From Eledone cirrhosa (lineage: Eukaryota): a stretch of DNA of 64,000 nt. The stretch lies in contig OZ024751.1 of assembly GCA_964016885.1 (NCBI GenBank), positions 46,686,001 through 46,750,000 of the forward strand. The letters are read 5' to 3'. The notes under the pieces are model-generated. The model saw only the letters and a list, made by a program, of their open reading frames with translations. It was not told where the DNA came from and ran no database searches. Positions 42,680 through 57,147 of the stretch are shown one piece after another (the stretch's first letter is position 1; each line of letters begins with the position of its first letter). The position numbers and the translations under genes are program-made.

Positions 42680-43400
42680 GTATATCTCTCTGTCTTTGTA
42701 TAGTTATCTTCCTTTGTATTTCGATATATGCATCTCCCCCCCCCCTCTCTCTATATATATATCTATCTATCTATCTATCTGTATATCTATTTATCTATCT
42801 ATCTATCTATCTATCTGTCTTTGTATAGTTATCTTCCTTTGTATTTCGATATATGCATCCCCCCCTCCCTCTCTCTATATATATATATCACTAATCTAAC
42901 CCCTCCTCTCTCTCAACCACGTACTCCCACTTTATTTCCAATCACTCTCCCTCAGTGAGAGTATCACCTACGACTACACCTCACTCTCCAAAACACGCGT
43001 ACATACACTCTCCACGCCGACATCTACTGTTTGTTCCCAACAATTCTTTACAGATTCGTCTTTTCCGGACAAATATTGCTGCGGTCTCACACCACCATCA
43101 TCACCATCATCACCAACATCACCATCACCATCACCACCATAACCTCCACCAGCACCATCACCCCCACCATAACCACCACCATCACCATCACCACCACCAT
43201 AAACATAATCATCACCATCACCACCACCATAACCACCATCACCATCATCATTCTTCCTCTCTGTTCAGGATACTCTCCCTAGTATTTTGAGGTGCTAGAA
43301 ATAGCAGCCTATTATATTTTAAATGGTAACATACTGTCTTTAAAAAAAAGGAGAACATTCTTATAATATAAAGAATTCTTACATAATATCTATATATATA

Positions 43401-43439
<39 letters not shown>

Positions 43440-43442
<3 letters not shown>

Positions 43443-43534
43443 ATAATAATAAAATTAAGCAGCGATTCTTTGCTTAAACTTTAATCTGTTATTTTAATAA
43501 ATAAATATTAAACTTTAATCTGTTATTTTAATAA

Positions 43535-43592
<58 letters not shown>

Positions 43593-43743
43593 TAAAATAA
43601 CAGATTAAAGTTTAAGCAAAGAATCGCTGCTTTCACCCTTAATCGGATCTTCTGAAATATTTGCTCTACGGTTCTTATATATTTGATATATATTTATCCT
43701 TATCGAGCCCTCTTTGGATTTTAGTCTTCAAATTTATTATTAT

Positions 43744-43749
<6 letters not shown>
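43440..43749. mobile_element. Family B rearranged and inverted pieces in (TA)n
   Basis: GCAGCGATTCTTTGCTTAAACTTTAATC and its reverse complement, plus the TTTGCTCTACGG..GATTTTAGTCTTCAAA segment. Confidence 0.8.
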
Positions 43750-43793
<44 letters not shown>

Positions 43794-44136
43794 AGAATAT
43801 TATATATATATATCAACCCTACCATTACCACCACCAACACCACCACCACTTTAACCAACCTGTTACATATCGAGCGACATTTAGAGTCTCCGTGTGATCA
43901 ATCGTTGACTTGCTAGAAATAGCATACAAACTTCCCTCAAACTGGACCTTACTCTCTTGTTTTTTTGCCTTATTCTGCCTTCTGTTTCCAGTCTATTACC
44001 GTCTGTTTCATGTCAACTGCCTTCTATCATCTGTTTTATGTCTTCTGTCTTTTGTCTTGTACCATCTTCTTTCTCTCTGCTCTCAACATCATGTTCCAGC
44101 ATTTATTCTACATTCTCTGTCTTTCTGCCTCTCAGA

Positions 44137-44217
<81 letters not shown>

Positions 44218-46814
44218 CTCTCTCTCGCTCGCTCTTTCTCCCTTCTCTCTTTCTCTCTCTTACTCTTTTTCTCTCATACACTATCTCTCATTCTCTTTCT
44301 CCCTTACTCTTTCTCTCCTCTACACTTCCATGTTTCCTCCCCCACAACATTCTTCACATATATTCTTTGATGTTATGTTCTTTTGGTGGAGGAGGGTTCA
44401 TTTCTTCATTCTTCTCGTCACCTCTCTCTCTTACTCTCTCTCTCTTCTTTCCTCTCTTCCTCTTTCACTCTTCCTTCCTCCTCCTCCTCTCTCTCTCTCT
44501 CCTTCTCTCTATCTCTCTCTGTTTGTTTCCTTTCACCTTCTCCACTTTTTTTCTATAACTCTCTCTCCATTCCACAGCCCTCCCATCACTCTAACCCTTT
44601 ATCGGTTTTTTCTTTGACTTCCCCCTTCTCCCTCTCATTTTTCATTTCTTCCCCTTCTATCTTTTTCTCTTCACCCCTATTCCCATCTCTCTCCATCCTC
44701 ATCTTTCTTCAAATCCTTTCTTTCTTTCCCCCTCCTCTCCCTCTCCCCTCTTCTATTAGCTCCCTCTTCTCCTCTCGCTATCTCACCCCCCTCTATCTTA
44801 TTCACACACACTTTCTTTCTTACATCATTCTCTCTTTGCTTCAGTATTTTCCAATCCTCTCCCTTCTCCTTTTCCCTCTCTCCTTCTCTCTCCCCTCCAC
44901 TATCTCCTTCTCTCTCCCCTCCACTCTCTCTTTCTCTCTCCCCTCCACTCTCTCCCTCTCCTACCCTTCACTCTCTCTCTCCCCTTTTCTCTCTCCTTCT
45001 CACCTATACTTCTGTCCCCAACAACAACAACGAACAAACAAACCACCAATGACGTTGAACCTTACTAAAACAAAGTTTCACCCCCGTTCTTTTTACTCAT
45101 CATCATCATCATCACCACCAACACCACCACCATCACTACCACCACCATCACTAACACCACCACTACCACCACCACCACCAGCACTACTACCACCACCACC
45201 ACCACCACCACCGCCACCACCACCACCACCACCACCATTAGCACTACTAACACAACACCACCATCACTAACACCACCACCACCACCACCTTACAATCAAT
45301 GGAAATATCACAGTGTGTGTCCCTCCAGGCGGACAGAGCAGTCTTTCACAGCCGTTGCTGGAGACGGCTCAACTAAAGCCGATCTCTGTAAAGAACGGAC
45401 AACACAACATACATACATACACACAGACACACACACACATATATATATGTGTGTATGTATGTAAATACACATATCCAGTTAGTCCCCTACCTAACATACC
45501 CGTATTTCGATACGTTTGTGGATTCTGAGGAGAATAACATTGACCGTTGCCACTCGGATTGATTTTATGGAACCAAACATTATATGCCTCTTACTTAACA
45601 TCAGCGAAGTGTAACCCGTAAGGATATCTCTAACCGAACAATACAGTACAGTCTTTCAAACTGATCGTCGTTGCAATTGTGTCAATATTACTGGATGTCC
45701 GCCAGAACTTTTGAAATTGTAAGGATACCTTTCATTACATCTTTTCTCATTTGTAAGGAAAATATCATTAACTATCCATTCTAGCAGTGTCATTTCTAAG
45801 GATAAATATCATTGGATGGCCGCTAGAACCATATAAATACTAAGGGTGTCTTTCATTGACAATTATAACAACTCATTTCGGGTAAATTCATAGAGTGACT
45901 AACTCTACTCTCTTTCAAACTCTTCTGATAAGAACATTTGGCCGTTCTCTTATCTCACACATATTTATATATTTCACAAAACTTTACAATGAAGGATGAG
46001 AAAACAAAAGTTTAAAAGAGAAGAAACGCAAACATCCATTTTGTCTTTTCACAATCTGCCTCTTTCTTTGATTGTTCATTCAACTATTATCTACGGTAAA
46101 AAGACAAAAAATGAGAGTGTAACGCAAAATACCTTTCCTTTAACCCTTTCATTAGAATATGTTTAAAAATCATTGCTAATGATTTTCAAATAAATATGAA
46201 TATAATCAATAATTTCGTAATATAACTTAATTTCTCATTATTTTGCTGGTGTTTGGAACAGAACATTTACTAAGTTTCTTACATAAAATAACCATGGATT
46301 GGTTTTTAGATAAAATATAGACAATTTACAGTTTCGTATCTTAGAAGTTAGGGCCGTTTCAGGGGGTTTGGTATCATTAGCATTAAAAAAAAGAAAGAAA
46401 GGATATATAAGTTCAACACTGAGAAGGGAGGGTGAAAACATATGATTGTATTCCACTTAATTACAAAAGAGATTCCATATATATATATGTCTTTTTTCTT
46501 TACACTTCTTAAACCTTGTTTGTAAATAACATTATTCTTTCTGCACCTTCTGTTTAACATGTGCGACACCACACTAATACATTTCACTATCATTTGATAA
46601 TGCATATAAATGCTGAAACCGGTAATAGACAATAATTAAATATATAAATAGATAAATAAATGCCATTGTTAAATAATAAATCAATCAATTAATACCTTAA
46701 CACAAAGTAAAACATTTCGTTTTAATCATTTTCTAACCCAGAAAAAAGAGAGAGAGAAATAAAGAAGGGAAAAAAATATATTTTTCTTCCTCATAATCGT
46801 CTCTTTCTCCCTGT

Positions 46815-47054
<240 letters not shown>

Positions 47055-47094
47055 ACATGTATGGACCTGTTATTTTTCTCTAAAAACATTTTTT

Positions 47095-47256
47095 TCCGAT
47101 TCCGCCCTGCTCGTCTCTTCAATGTTTCTAATTTCTCATTCTTTCTTCTAATGAAGGACTAGCTTCCGAAACGTTAAGGCCCTCTTCCTGATATTTCAAG
47201 CGTTAAACAAATATATTCCTTCCTTATACTGTATCGATTGTGTTGCTATTTCTGTT

Positions 47257-47262
<6 letters not shown>
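47095..47262 (+). mobile_element. Family D element; hammerhead with CTGA>CTAA core mutation
   Basis: TCTT-CTAATGA-A[GGA CTAGCT TCC]-GAAACGTT-AAGG. Confidence 0.72.
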
Positions 47263-47314
<52 letters not shown>

Positions 47315-47319
<5 letters not shown>

Positions 47320-47675
47320 ATCAAAAGATGGTTAAATGAGTTCCATGTATTTTATTATGCGCATTTCAAAAACAAATATCATCATGCAATAACATTTGTG
47401 TTTTCATCAGATAACATATGTTGATTTAAAACTGCACTATCCACAAGTGTTTTTTAACCTTCATATCATGTCCTCCTATTTTATCTGATGAAAACACAAA
47501 TGTTATTGCATGATGATATTTGTTTTTGAAATGCGCATGATAAAATACATGGAACTCATTTAACCATCTTTTGATCTTATATATTATGTATACTCCAGTC
47601 CTACAAACTGTAGAGTGCTTCTTATCCGATATCTGCATTGCTTTATTGTACTACAATAAAACTCACCTCCTACAT
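47315..47675. mobile_element. Family C fold-back element with two hammerheads (47349-47414 on -, 47478-47546 on +)
   Basis: Inverted homolog of 21955-22397 with a different fold-back junction; the + copy has an AUG (non-cleavable) triplet. Confidence 0.9.
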
Positions 47676-47746
47676 ATATTTATATATATATACATATATA
47701 TAGATATATATACATATATATATATACATATATATATATGTATATC

Positions 47747-47839
<93 letters not shown>

Positions 47840-47856
47840 GTATGTATATATATATT

Positions 47857-47893
<37 letters not shown>

Positions 47894-47995
47894 ATACATA
47901 CATACATACATACACATATATATATACATATATATGCATATATAAATATATGTATATATATACATACATATATATATACATACATATATATATAG

Positions 47996-48120
<125 letters not shown>

Positions 48121-48997
48121 AAACGTAAACAGAAAATAAAAAAAAAATGAAATAGAAAGATAGAGAGTAAGAAGGGGAAGCAACGGGAAAACGTTTTTGA
48201 GAAAAACACGTGCGTCTGTGTGTGCACTAATGTGTGTATGTATATGTGTGTGTGTGTATGTATATGTGTGTGTGTGTATGTATATGTGTGTGTGTGTGTG
48301 TGTGTAGTTGGGTGTTTGCATGTTCACACAGCAAAATATTTCCCCCCGCCTCAAATTCAAAGTATTACCCGGTATTGAACATCCTTACACTCCCCCCCTC
48401 CACCAGCCCCCCCCAACATCACCCCCCCCCCCAACAGCAACAACATCAACACCAACATAACTACCCTTTCCACCTCCCACTAATAACAGCACCACCACGA
48501 CCACCACCAATAACATCGCCACCGCCACCACCACCACCAACAACAACACTAACATAACCTCTCTTTCCACCTCCCACCAACAACATCACCACCACCACCA
48601 CCACTGCAATCAACAACAACAACAACACCGCCAACATAACTATCCTCTCCACCCGCACCACCACCACCACCGCAACCACTATCACCACCACCACCACCAC
48701 CATCAACAACAACAACACCGCCAACATAACTATCCTCTCCACCCGCACCACCACCACCACCACCGCAACCACTATCACCACCACCACCACCACCACCATC
48801 AACAACAACAGCAACACCGCCAACATAACTACCCTCTCCATCCCCACCACCACCACCACAACCACCACCACAACCACCATCAACAACAACAACACCGCCA
48901 ACATAACTATTCTCTCCACCCCCACCCCCACCATGACCACGTCAAGAACTATTCTCTAAAATCGATCATTTCAATCCTAAGAGACATCTACCCTGTG

Positions 48998-50068
48998 ACA
49001 TCATCCACCCCCTTACATCATCCACCCCTTACATCATCCACCCCTTACATCATCCACCCCTTACATCATCCACCCCCTTAAATCATCCACCCCTTACATC
49101 ATCCACCCCTTACATCATCCACCCCTTACATCATCCACCCCCTTACATCATCCACCCCTTACATCATCCACCCCATACATCATACACCCACCTATACCAT
49201 CCACCCCCTTACATCATCCACCCCTTACATTATCCACCCCATACATCATCCACCCCCTACATCATACACCCACCTACACCATCCACCCCCTTACATCATC
49301 CACCCCCTACATCATCCACCCCCTTACATCATCCACCCCCTTACATCATCCACCCCTTACATCATCCACCCCCTTACATCATCCACCCCCTTACATCATC
49401 CACCCCCTTACATCACCCCCCCCCCCTTACATCATCCACCCCTTACATCATCCACCCCTTACATCATCCACCCCCTTACATCATCCAATCCCTTACATCA
49501 TCCACCCCTTACATCATCCACCCCCTTACATCATCCACCCCCTTACATCATCCACCCCTTACATCATCCACCCCCTTACATCATCCACCCCTTACATCAT
49601 CCACCCCTTACATCATCCACCCCCTTACATCATCCACCCCTTACATCATCCACCCCTTACATCATCCACCCCATTACATCATCCACCCCTTACATCATCC
49701 ACCCCCTTACATCATCCACCCCTTACATCATCCACCCCCTACATCATACACCCACCTACACCATCCACCCCCTTACATCATCCACCCCTTACATCATCCA
49801 CCCCTTACATCATCCACCCCTTACATCATCCACCCCCTTAAATCATCCACCCCTTACATGATCCACCCCTTACATCATCCACCCCATTACATCATCCACC
49901 CCTTACATCATCCACCCCCTTACATCATCCACCCCTTACATCATCCACCCCCTACATCATACACCCACCTACACCATCCACCCCCTTACATCATCCACCC
50001 CCTTACATCATCCACCCCCTTACATCATCCACCCCCTTACATCATCCACCCCCTTACATCATCCACCC
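48998..50068. repeat. 16-17 bp minisatellite (CATCATCCACCCC[C]TTA)n
   Basis: About 65 tandem units. Confidence 0.97.
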
Positions 50069-50225
50069 TGTTTGACAACTTTCTATTTATGGAACCACCC
50101 GGAATTACAATTCTATCACTTGCCCATTTAGTCAGAAAGTTTCCAAACTTCCTTAAAATGTCCCACCCACATACCTGTCACTCTGTCTGTCAACCTGTCA
50201 GTCAGTCTGTCTGTCTGTCTGTCTC

Positions 50226-50256
<31 letters not shown>

Positions 50257-50290
50257 GTCTGTCTGTCTGTCTGCCTGTCTATCTGTCTAT

Positions 50291-52148
50291 CCCAGTTCTG
50301 TGACCGGGGGCGTAGTCACACTAGTCAGGCAGGACGAGAATAAGTTGGATGACATAGGCAACTTCCGGCCCATAACTCTGCTAAACACAGAGTTACAGAT
50401 TTTGGCCAAGGTGTTGGCAAAGAAGCTGGCGCTTGTCGTCGAGAACCTGGTGGGAGAAGCGCAGACATGCGCAATCCCGACCAGGTCCATACACGACAAC
50501 CTCCACCTCATGCGATACATCATAGAGAGGGTAGGGTGTAAACCCAGCTTCGGTGGGGCCCTGATCAACTTGGATCAGTCTAAGGCTTTCAATAGGGTTG
50601 ACCATCGTTACCTGGATGCGGTGCTCGAGGCGGCAGGCTTCTGACCCGTGTTCAGGGGCTGGATTGCTGCAATGCATAACAGTAACATCTGCTCAAGGGT
50701 TAAGGTGAACGGCTACCTCTCGGAGCCGTTCGATATCACGCGATCCATTCGACAGGGATGCCCTCTCTCCTCCCTTCTGTACGTATTGACTCTCGAGCCA
50801 CTACTACGGAAGTTGGAGCTATTGCAGGGCATCCTTCTGGAACCGGGACTGCGGAAAGCGGCGTCGGCCTACGCCGACGACGTGACAGTAATGGTGTCGA
50901 GCGCCTCGCAAATCGAGGAAGTCGGCACCTTACTGAAGGAATACGAAAGGTTCACAGGAGCGAAGCTGAACCGGGACAAGTCCATCGGCTTGCAATTCGG
51001 ATCGTGGAGAGGCAGACCGATGCCTTCCGATGGCGTCGTCGGACGCTGGACGGAAGGACCAGTAAAGCTGCTCGGGGTCTGGTTTCGTCCGGACCTCCAG
51101 GTGGAGAAGAACTGGAACGAGGTGTCGGCCAAGGTGTTTGGAAGAGGCGGGCTCCTTTGGTGAGAAGATCCATCTGCTGTCAACGCCCTTCCAACGGAGG
51201 GCTGGGGATGCCGTGGCTGATGATGCGCAAACACGCGCTTACACACGCTCAGGCTGCGGCATCTCTACGTATTCTTCACCGGACAACCGGTGTGGGCCCC
51301 TTTCGTGAGGCGAGCCTTCCCACGACTCGTCTCGCTGACCGAGCTGCAGTCCTGGGTCAAGCAAAGACCGAGGAAAATGGGCGACTGGCACATCGAATGT
51401 GCTCAGGCGCTCACAGCCCTCTGGCAAGCGGACCCGGCGATCAGTGGAGACTCCACTTCGTCATTCTATAGAGGGTTGATCCGCAGCAAGTGCGGCGACG
51501 TGCTCGGTGAAACTCTGGGCGTAGAGGAAGACGAACTGGCCAGTCTGTTCGGTAGGACCTTCCGCCCGGGACCGATGGACAACTTCCAAAAAAGTCCCTG
51601 GCCTGGCAGTGCTACCGAGGAGCTCTACCAGTTCGAGACAAGCTCTACATACATGGGCGCCCAGGCAGGGACCCTGCAAACAAGATCTGTCCGAGGTGCG
51701 TGGGAGACGAAGAAACCGTCGCGCACGCATTCATACACTGCCCGGGCGTCACCGACCTGTGGGGCTATGTAGAACGACTATTGTCGCGGGTGGGACCAAT
51801 CCGGTTGACCACCGAATCCATTGTCATGATCAAACCGCCACCCTCCTTCAAAAACGAAGGAGAGGCGGTTTTCCTTTGTGTGATAGCTATGGCGAAAGAG
51901 GTTGTATGGTGGACGAGGTTAAAAGGGCTGAGGTCAGACACCTTTCTCTCCGGCCAATGAGGGTTGGAGATGAGGGTTGTACATTTTTTCGGGGTGTGTA
52001 CAACCCCTGTGTAACACCTCCCCCTATTGGGGATTTCAATTGTTTTTTGTTATTTTATTAATAGTATTATTTTCATATACCTGTATGTAAACTCCCCATT
52101 TGTATTTGTCCCCTTCTTTTGTGCCCTTGTGGCTAATAAAGAAATTTA
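50291..52148 (+). mobile_element. 5'-truncated Tx1/L1-clade non-LTR retrotransposon (inactive RT ORF2)
   Basis: NFRPITLLNTELQILAKVLA, LDQSKAFNRVDH, IRQGCPLS, AYADD and a C-terminal CPRC...ETVAHAFIHC; stop at 50642, frameshifts, internal deletion near 51135; AATAAA then (TCTG)n. Confidence 0.93.
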
Positions 52149-52526
52149 TCTGTCTGTCTGCCTGCCTGTCTACCTGTCTGTCTGTCTGCCTGCCTGACCG
52201 TCTGTCTGTCTGTCTGCCTGCCTGACCGCCTGACCGTCTGTCTGTCTGTCTGCCTGTTTGCCTGTCTCTCCATCTGTCTGTAAACACTAAGCATTCTCTC
52301 TCTCACTCTCACACCCACACTCTTTTTCTCATTCTCTCCCTCTCTCTCAATCTCCCCCTCTCTCTCTCTCTCTCTCTCATTTTTCTGGTGCCAATGATAA
52401 AGATGGATGATACTATTATTATAATTATCTGCAATGTGGTGACTGTTTCCGCACACACACACACACACATATATATATATAGTGACGAAACATAAGTCAA
52501 TTGCATGAACTCATAATCCTTTATTT

Positions 52527-52584
52527 ACTGCTATATATATATTTCGATGATAGCCATTGAATGGCTATGACCTCATCAGGCAGT
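52527..52584 (-). ncRNA. Type I hammerhead ribozyme motif
   Basis: ACTGC-CTGATGA-[GGTCATAGCCAT TCA ATGGCTATCATC]-GAAATATATATATA-GCAGT; perfect stem I and palindromic (AT)n stem III. Confidence 0.85.
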
Positions 52585-52786
52585 CAGTTAGTTCTTAGAT
52601 ATGCCAGCTCTGTGTGTATAGTGTTGATGGTATCAGAGCCTTGGGACATATGAGCTTGTTAGGAATATGTTGATGTTGTCAGCAGGAATAGTCTGAATAT
52701 TATACTCCAGAAAACTTGTCGAGTGCTTCGAAACAGTTAGAAACATTTATATTTGTTGAATTACCAACAAATTAAATTCTCTTTTG

Positions 52787-52821
<35 letters not shown>

Positions 52822-52823
<2 letters not shown>

Positions 52824-53012
52824 CATTTGATAAAATATATACACTATTTCCTCTCCCAATTAGCATAATTAACCACATAAAAAATCAATTAGACCAGGCT
52901 ATAAGAATAAAGGCTCCTATGAAGAAATATTTGATAAATAAACAAAATTGATTTTTTATGTGGTTAATTATGCTAATTGGGAGAGGAAATAGTGTATATA
53001 TTTTATCAAATG
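52822..53012. mobile_element. Fold-back element (~68 bp arms)
   Basis: TCATTTGATAAAATATATACACTATTTCCTCTCCCAATTAGC...CAATT and its reverse complement; single-arm homolog at about 27365-27500. Confidence 0.85.
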
Positions 53013-53128
53013 ATTCTTTGGACATAATTTATGATATATTGCTCTGATTATTTAATTTATTAATTCTTCATTGAGCCACATCGTGAACGGTTGCCACATA
53101 TATATCTGTGACTTTGTGTATATGTCAA

Positions 53129-53205
<77 letters not shown>

Positions 53206-53334
53206 AAAAGTTTGGTAGAAATATCCAAGGGTAAGAGCACTCAGTCCATAGGACGAGTTTAGTATAAATAATTACAACAGTGACATAAACAAGTACTTAA
53301 GTTTCGTTTCAGATATAGAAACACACAATAACAT

Positions 53335-53682
53335 CGGTAATATTGAGTAGCTCACTGATACAGATACGGTCGCTGAGCCGCTTGCCAGTCATAAGTCTCA
53401 ACTGAGACCAATTACATCAATTGTCAAGTCAAGAGTACTCAAACTATACGGTCATATAAAAAGATGAACTCGTATTGTAAGTAGGTTAGGCCTGGAAGGA
53501 AGGTTGGCTGGTAAGAGAAGCAGAGGCCGGCAACCAAAACGATGGCTTGATAATGTCAACTTATGAACTGGGTTTGATCTTTTCTCTTTAAACTCTGCTG
53601 CTGGTGATCGAACTTTGTGGAGAAAAATATGTCATGTTGATACGCAGTCTGCAACTGGTGGAGTTTAGCGTCATAATAACAT
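53335..53682 (+). mobile_element. Decayed RTE-clade LINE 3' end
   Basis: IVKSRVLKLYGHIKR*...LEGRLAGKRSRGRQPKRWLDNV...DRTLWRKI. Confidence 0.8.
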
Positions 53683-53798
53683 CGTAAAATTTGATTTTTC
53701 TGTTTTTATTATATTGTATTTCTTTCATTACGTAGTTATTTACTGATTGTTTTATCGATCTGTATCGCTATTTATCTATTCATTTCTCTAAATGCCAG

Positions 53799-54139
53799 AT
53801 TATCAAGAATCTTCCATCGTCCATAACTGGGATCGAACTCAGCAAGAAAGACTCCAACATACCCGGGATGATGAGCGATAGTTCAACAGACAAGTACGCT
53901 CAGTTGGACGAAGCCATGAATCACAAGAAGAGAGGCAAAAGTAACAAACACTATCTAAATGACAGCAATGGACAAATAAGTACAGCCGCCAGCGAGGATG
54001 AGCTTGATGATCTTAAACCAAATATTCTAAAGAAACAAAGAGTTCGCAGACCTTCACAAATTTCAGCTTCCATAACTTCCCAGTCCACCACCACCACAAG
54101 TCTCTCCATGTTAACCAATGGAGTCAAAGTTAACAACAC
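53799..54139 (+). CDS. CHS: Myosin-motor chitin synthase, exon D (S/T/charged linker)
   Basis: CCAG acceptor; open frame IIKNLPSSITG...MMSDSSTDKY...KVNN(T); GTAAAT donor; phase 0/2 matches exon E. Confidence 0.8.
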
Positions 54140-54544
54140 GTAAATATATAGCCGCTTGTTTATTATCTTGATTTCATATTTCATTCAGTTCGGAAATATA
54201 TTCCATATTAGGCCACCCGTGACCCGTTTGTCACCTTCACTTCAAAATATTTTTTTTAAAATCATGTTCACTTAAAAATAATTTTTAAATAATTAGAATA
54301 TACACAGACATGTATATAATGTGAAATGAAACTGGAAGGCCCATATATATATATATATGTGTGTGTATATAAATGTGTGTGTTTGTATACATATATATAT
54401 GTATATGTGTGTCTATATATATATGTGGGTGTCTGTAATCTATATACACTGGTCATAGACACACACACATATATACACACACATATATATATACACACAC
54501 ACACTCACATAGATATGTTTTGCCTAAAATATGTCTAAAAAATC

Positions 54545-54659
54545 TACCATGCGTCCTGGAGGCCGAAGGTTGTTTATTATTTTTTTTTCAAATTTTTGGT
54601 TGTCAAAATTAGGGTGCGTCCTCGAGGACGGAGCGTCTTCTGCGCCGGGAAATACGGTA
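54545..54659. mobile_element. Right end of a Tc2/pogo-type DNA element
   Basis: GGGTGCGTC...GGAAATACGG-TA terminus. Confidence 0.5.
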
Positions 54660-54900
54660 TAATTACCTTATGACTAGAGGAGAAGTAGTGGCAGAGTTGG
54701 TAGGACGTCGGATAAACTGCTTTGAAGTATTAGTTTCGGCTCTCTGCTCTCGGCTCTCTGAAGTATTAGTTTCAAATCCCGCTATGACCAACTTTGCCAT
54801 TCACCTTTTCGAGGTCGATAAAAAAATGGTCTTTACATTGTTAGTGATGGTATATTTAAACATAGTATGCGTATAGTCATAAAGAATATATAGTGTAAAC

Positions 54901-55400
54901 CAGCGGTCGCCAACCTTTCGGACCTCGCCGACCACTAAATTCATAATTTAAAATCCCGCTAACCACTAATATGGATGTTTTTAAAGAGATAAATAAGTCA
55001 AAAATTTTTTGCGGACCACCAAAATTTTTTTGCGGACCACCAAAATTTTTTTGCGGACCACCAAAATTTTTTTGCGGACCACCAACATCTTTTTGCGGAT
55101 CACCAAAATTTTTTTGCGGACCACCAAAATTTTTTTGCGGACCACCAAAATTTTTTTGCGGACCACCAACATCTTTTTGCGGACCACCAAAATGTTTTTG
55201 CGGACCACCAAAATTTTTTTGCGGACCACCAAAATTTTTTTGCGGACCACCAACATCTTTTTGCGGACCACCAAAATTTTTTTGCGGACCACCAAAATTT
55301 TTTTGCGGACCACCAACATCTTTTTGCGGACCACCAAAATCTTTTTGCGGACCACCAACATTTTTTTGCGGACCACTATAATATTAGACAGAAACCTGTT
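54901..55400 (+). mobile_element. hAT-like left end with internal 21-bp minisatellite (TTTTTGCGGACCACCAAAATT)n
   Basis: Begins CAGCGGTCGCCAACCTTT; about 18 units at 55001-55378; matching right TIR and TSD not found. Confidence 0.65.
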
Positions 55401-55717
55401 ATAAACAGGTTGTGTTTTATTGTATTATTTTATGTATTTTTATTTTATGTATTTTATTTCTTATACAAAAATGTCACACTTTGTCACAAATTTTAAATTA
55501 ACACCCTGGACAGTCCTTCAATCCTTGGAGATCGATATCGATCGCATTGGGTCTCCTTGTATTAGATGTATGTATAAGATATCTAATATATATTATATTA
55601 AATGCCTCCTAAACACGCTGAATAGTTCCATTCACACCTGGGATCGATATCGATTACATGGGGTCCCCTTGTATTAGATATATGTATGAGATGTCTAATA
55701 TATTCATTATATTACAG

Positions 55718-55925
55718 GCCTCCTAGCCAACCTTGGGATGTGTTTAAGACAGTGTCGCGAAAGAACGAAACGATTTACGAAACAACAACAAACTGGTTCG
55801 AGTTAGCAGCCAAGACGTTCAAGATCTTTACATATGTCTTTTTATTTGTGTGTGTAATAGGGTGTGCTTTGGCCAGTAAAGGAAGTCTTATAATTATGAC
55901 AAGAGCAATAGGAATGAAGAACCAG
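55718..55925 (+). CDS. CHS: Chitin synthase exon E (WDVF motif, first TM helix)
   Basis: TACAG acceptor; PPSQPWDVFK...KTFKIFTYVFLFVCVIGCALASKGSLIIM...NQ; GTAAGA donor; phase 2/0. Confidence 0.93.
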
Positions 55926-56377
55926 GTAAGATATAAAAGAAATACCATATATACCTCCACCAACAAACACAGAGTAATCACCTCAATTACAGCCGCATGC
56001 CTATTTTGTATTGAATTTAAATAATAATAAAATAATAATGAATAATAATAATAATAATGAAATTATTGTGTACAGTGCTCAGGTGCACTATAACTCATCA
56101 AATGTGCATGTATAGTACATAGCATAATGTTCAAATGTCAGGAAAATGAACAGTGTATGAGTCATGAAATACATGTGTGCGTGTGTATGGAGGGGAGGGG
56201 GGAATCAGATGTAGTGTTGGGGATATCAGGAAGCATAGAGGTTTTAAAGGATGCAGTGTCTCGACAGCTAAAAACTAATGCAGGTAGTTTGTTCCATGGA
56301 GGTTTTAAAGAATGCAGTGAGCGTGAAAAAATGTTTCCGAAAGTCGTGGGAGCTGTGCTTGGTATTATTGTTGTTGC

Positions 56378-56414
<37 letters not shown>

Positions 56415-56440
56415 ACTATTGTATTTTTATTGTTTTGTAG

Positions 56441-56578
56441 AGTTTAGAGTTCCGAGATAGGTGGGTGTACATGGTGATATGTACCCTATGTGTACCCTAT
56501 GTTGTCATGTTCCTAGAATGTTTGTTCAAAGCGCTGTTTGGAAATACACCTTGGCCTTCCCTAGGAAATATTGTTTGG
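56441..56578 (+). CDS. CHS: Chitin synthase exon F
   Basis: TGTAG acceptor; SLEFRDRWVYMVICTLCVPYVVMFLECLFKALFGNTPWPSLGNIVW; GTAAGC donor; phase 0/0. Confidence 0.92.
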
Positions 56579-56684
56579 GTAAGCATCTCTCCTAGCATTC
56601 TTTATTATACACATACATTTAGACGTATAGACATTCATACATATTACATGCATACATATACATACATATATGCACGGACACACT

Positions 56685-56820
56685 AGAAGGAGATCGAGGT
56701 TGACACCTTAATGCCCTAAGGACAGACACCGGTCTCTTGGAGACGCAGGACATGGCAGTGATGATAGGGGACAGAGACCGCTGGAGAGAACTCGTCCATG
56801 GATCTCGGGAATTTTACGCG

Positions 56821-56825
<5 letters not shown>
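56685..56825 (+). mobile_element. Short 3' fragment of the RTE-like LINE at 39232
   Basis: ALRTDTGLLETQDMAVMIGDRDRWRELVHGSR, ending in (TA)n. Confidence 0.78.
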
Positions 56826-56856
<31 letters not shown>

Positions 56857-56971
56857 GGTGTTGGATGCTTAAAGCGTTCGTATGCGGTAGGCCGTTTGAG
56901 CACTCGATGCTCTCATAGAACAGAGTATGATATCTCTTTTTTCTGTGATTATATATATATATATATATATA

Positions 56972-57147
56972 AACGAAGGAAATGTGGTAAGGAACCAGAT
57001 GGACCATAACGCACCAAAGTACTCAATACTTAGGATAGTAGAGTGGGTAATAGGAACGAGTAGGACCCCGACGGCTGAACTCAAGCCGTCCAGAATTAGC
57101 CGTCGAAACGGCTTGAGCTCAGCCGTCGGGGTCCTACTCGTTCCTAT
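56972..57147. mobile_element. Family A fold-back element
   Basis: Tail plus palindrome of about 57050-57147; right arm GAAACGGCTTGAGCTCAGCCGTCGGGGTC. Confidence 0.85.

Noticed and set aside
42955-43290. His-rich ORF with a possible acceptor at 43053
   Set aside because: It is (CAC/CAT)n microsatellite ending in a stop, with no donor site or homology.
45530-45880. Unique-looking segment with a weak internal duplication
   Set aside because: The frames I tried contain stops and no motif was recognisable.
48998-50068. Telomere-like C-rich array (CCCCTTA word)
   Set aside because: The unit is 16-17 bp rather than TTAGGG and it lies inside an intron.
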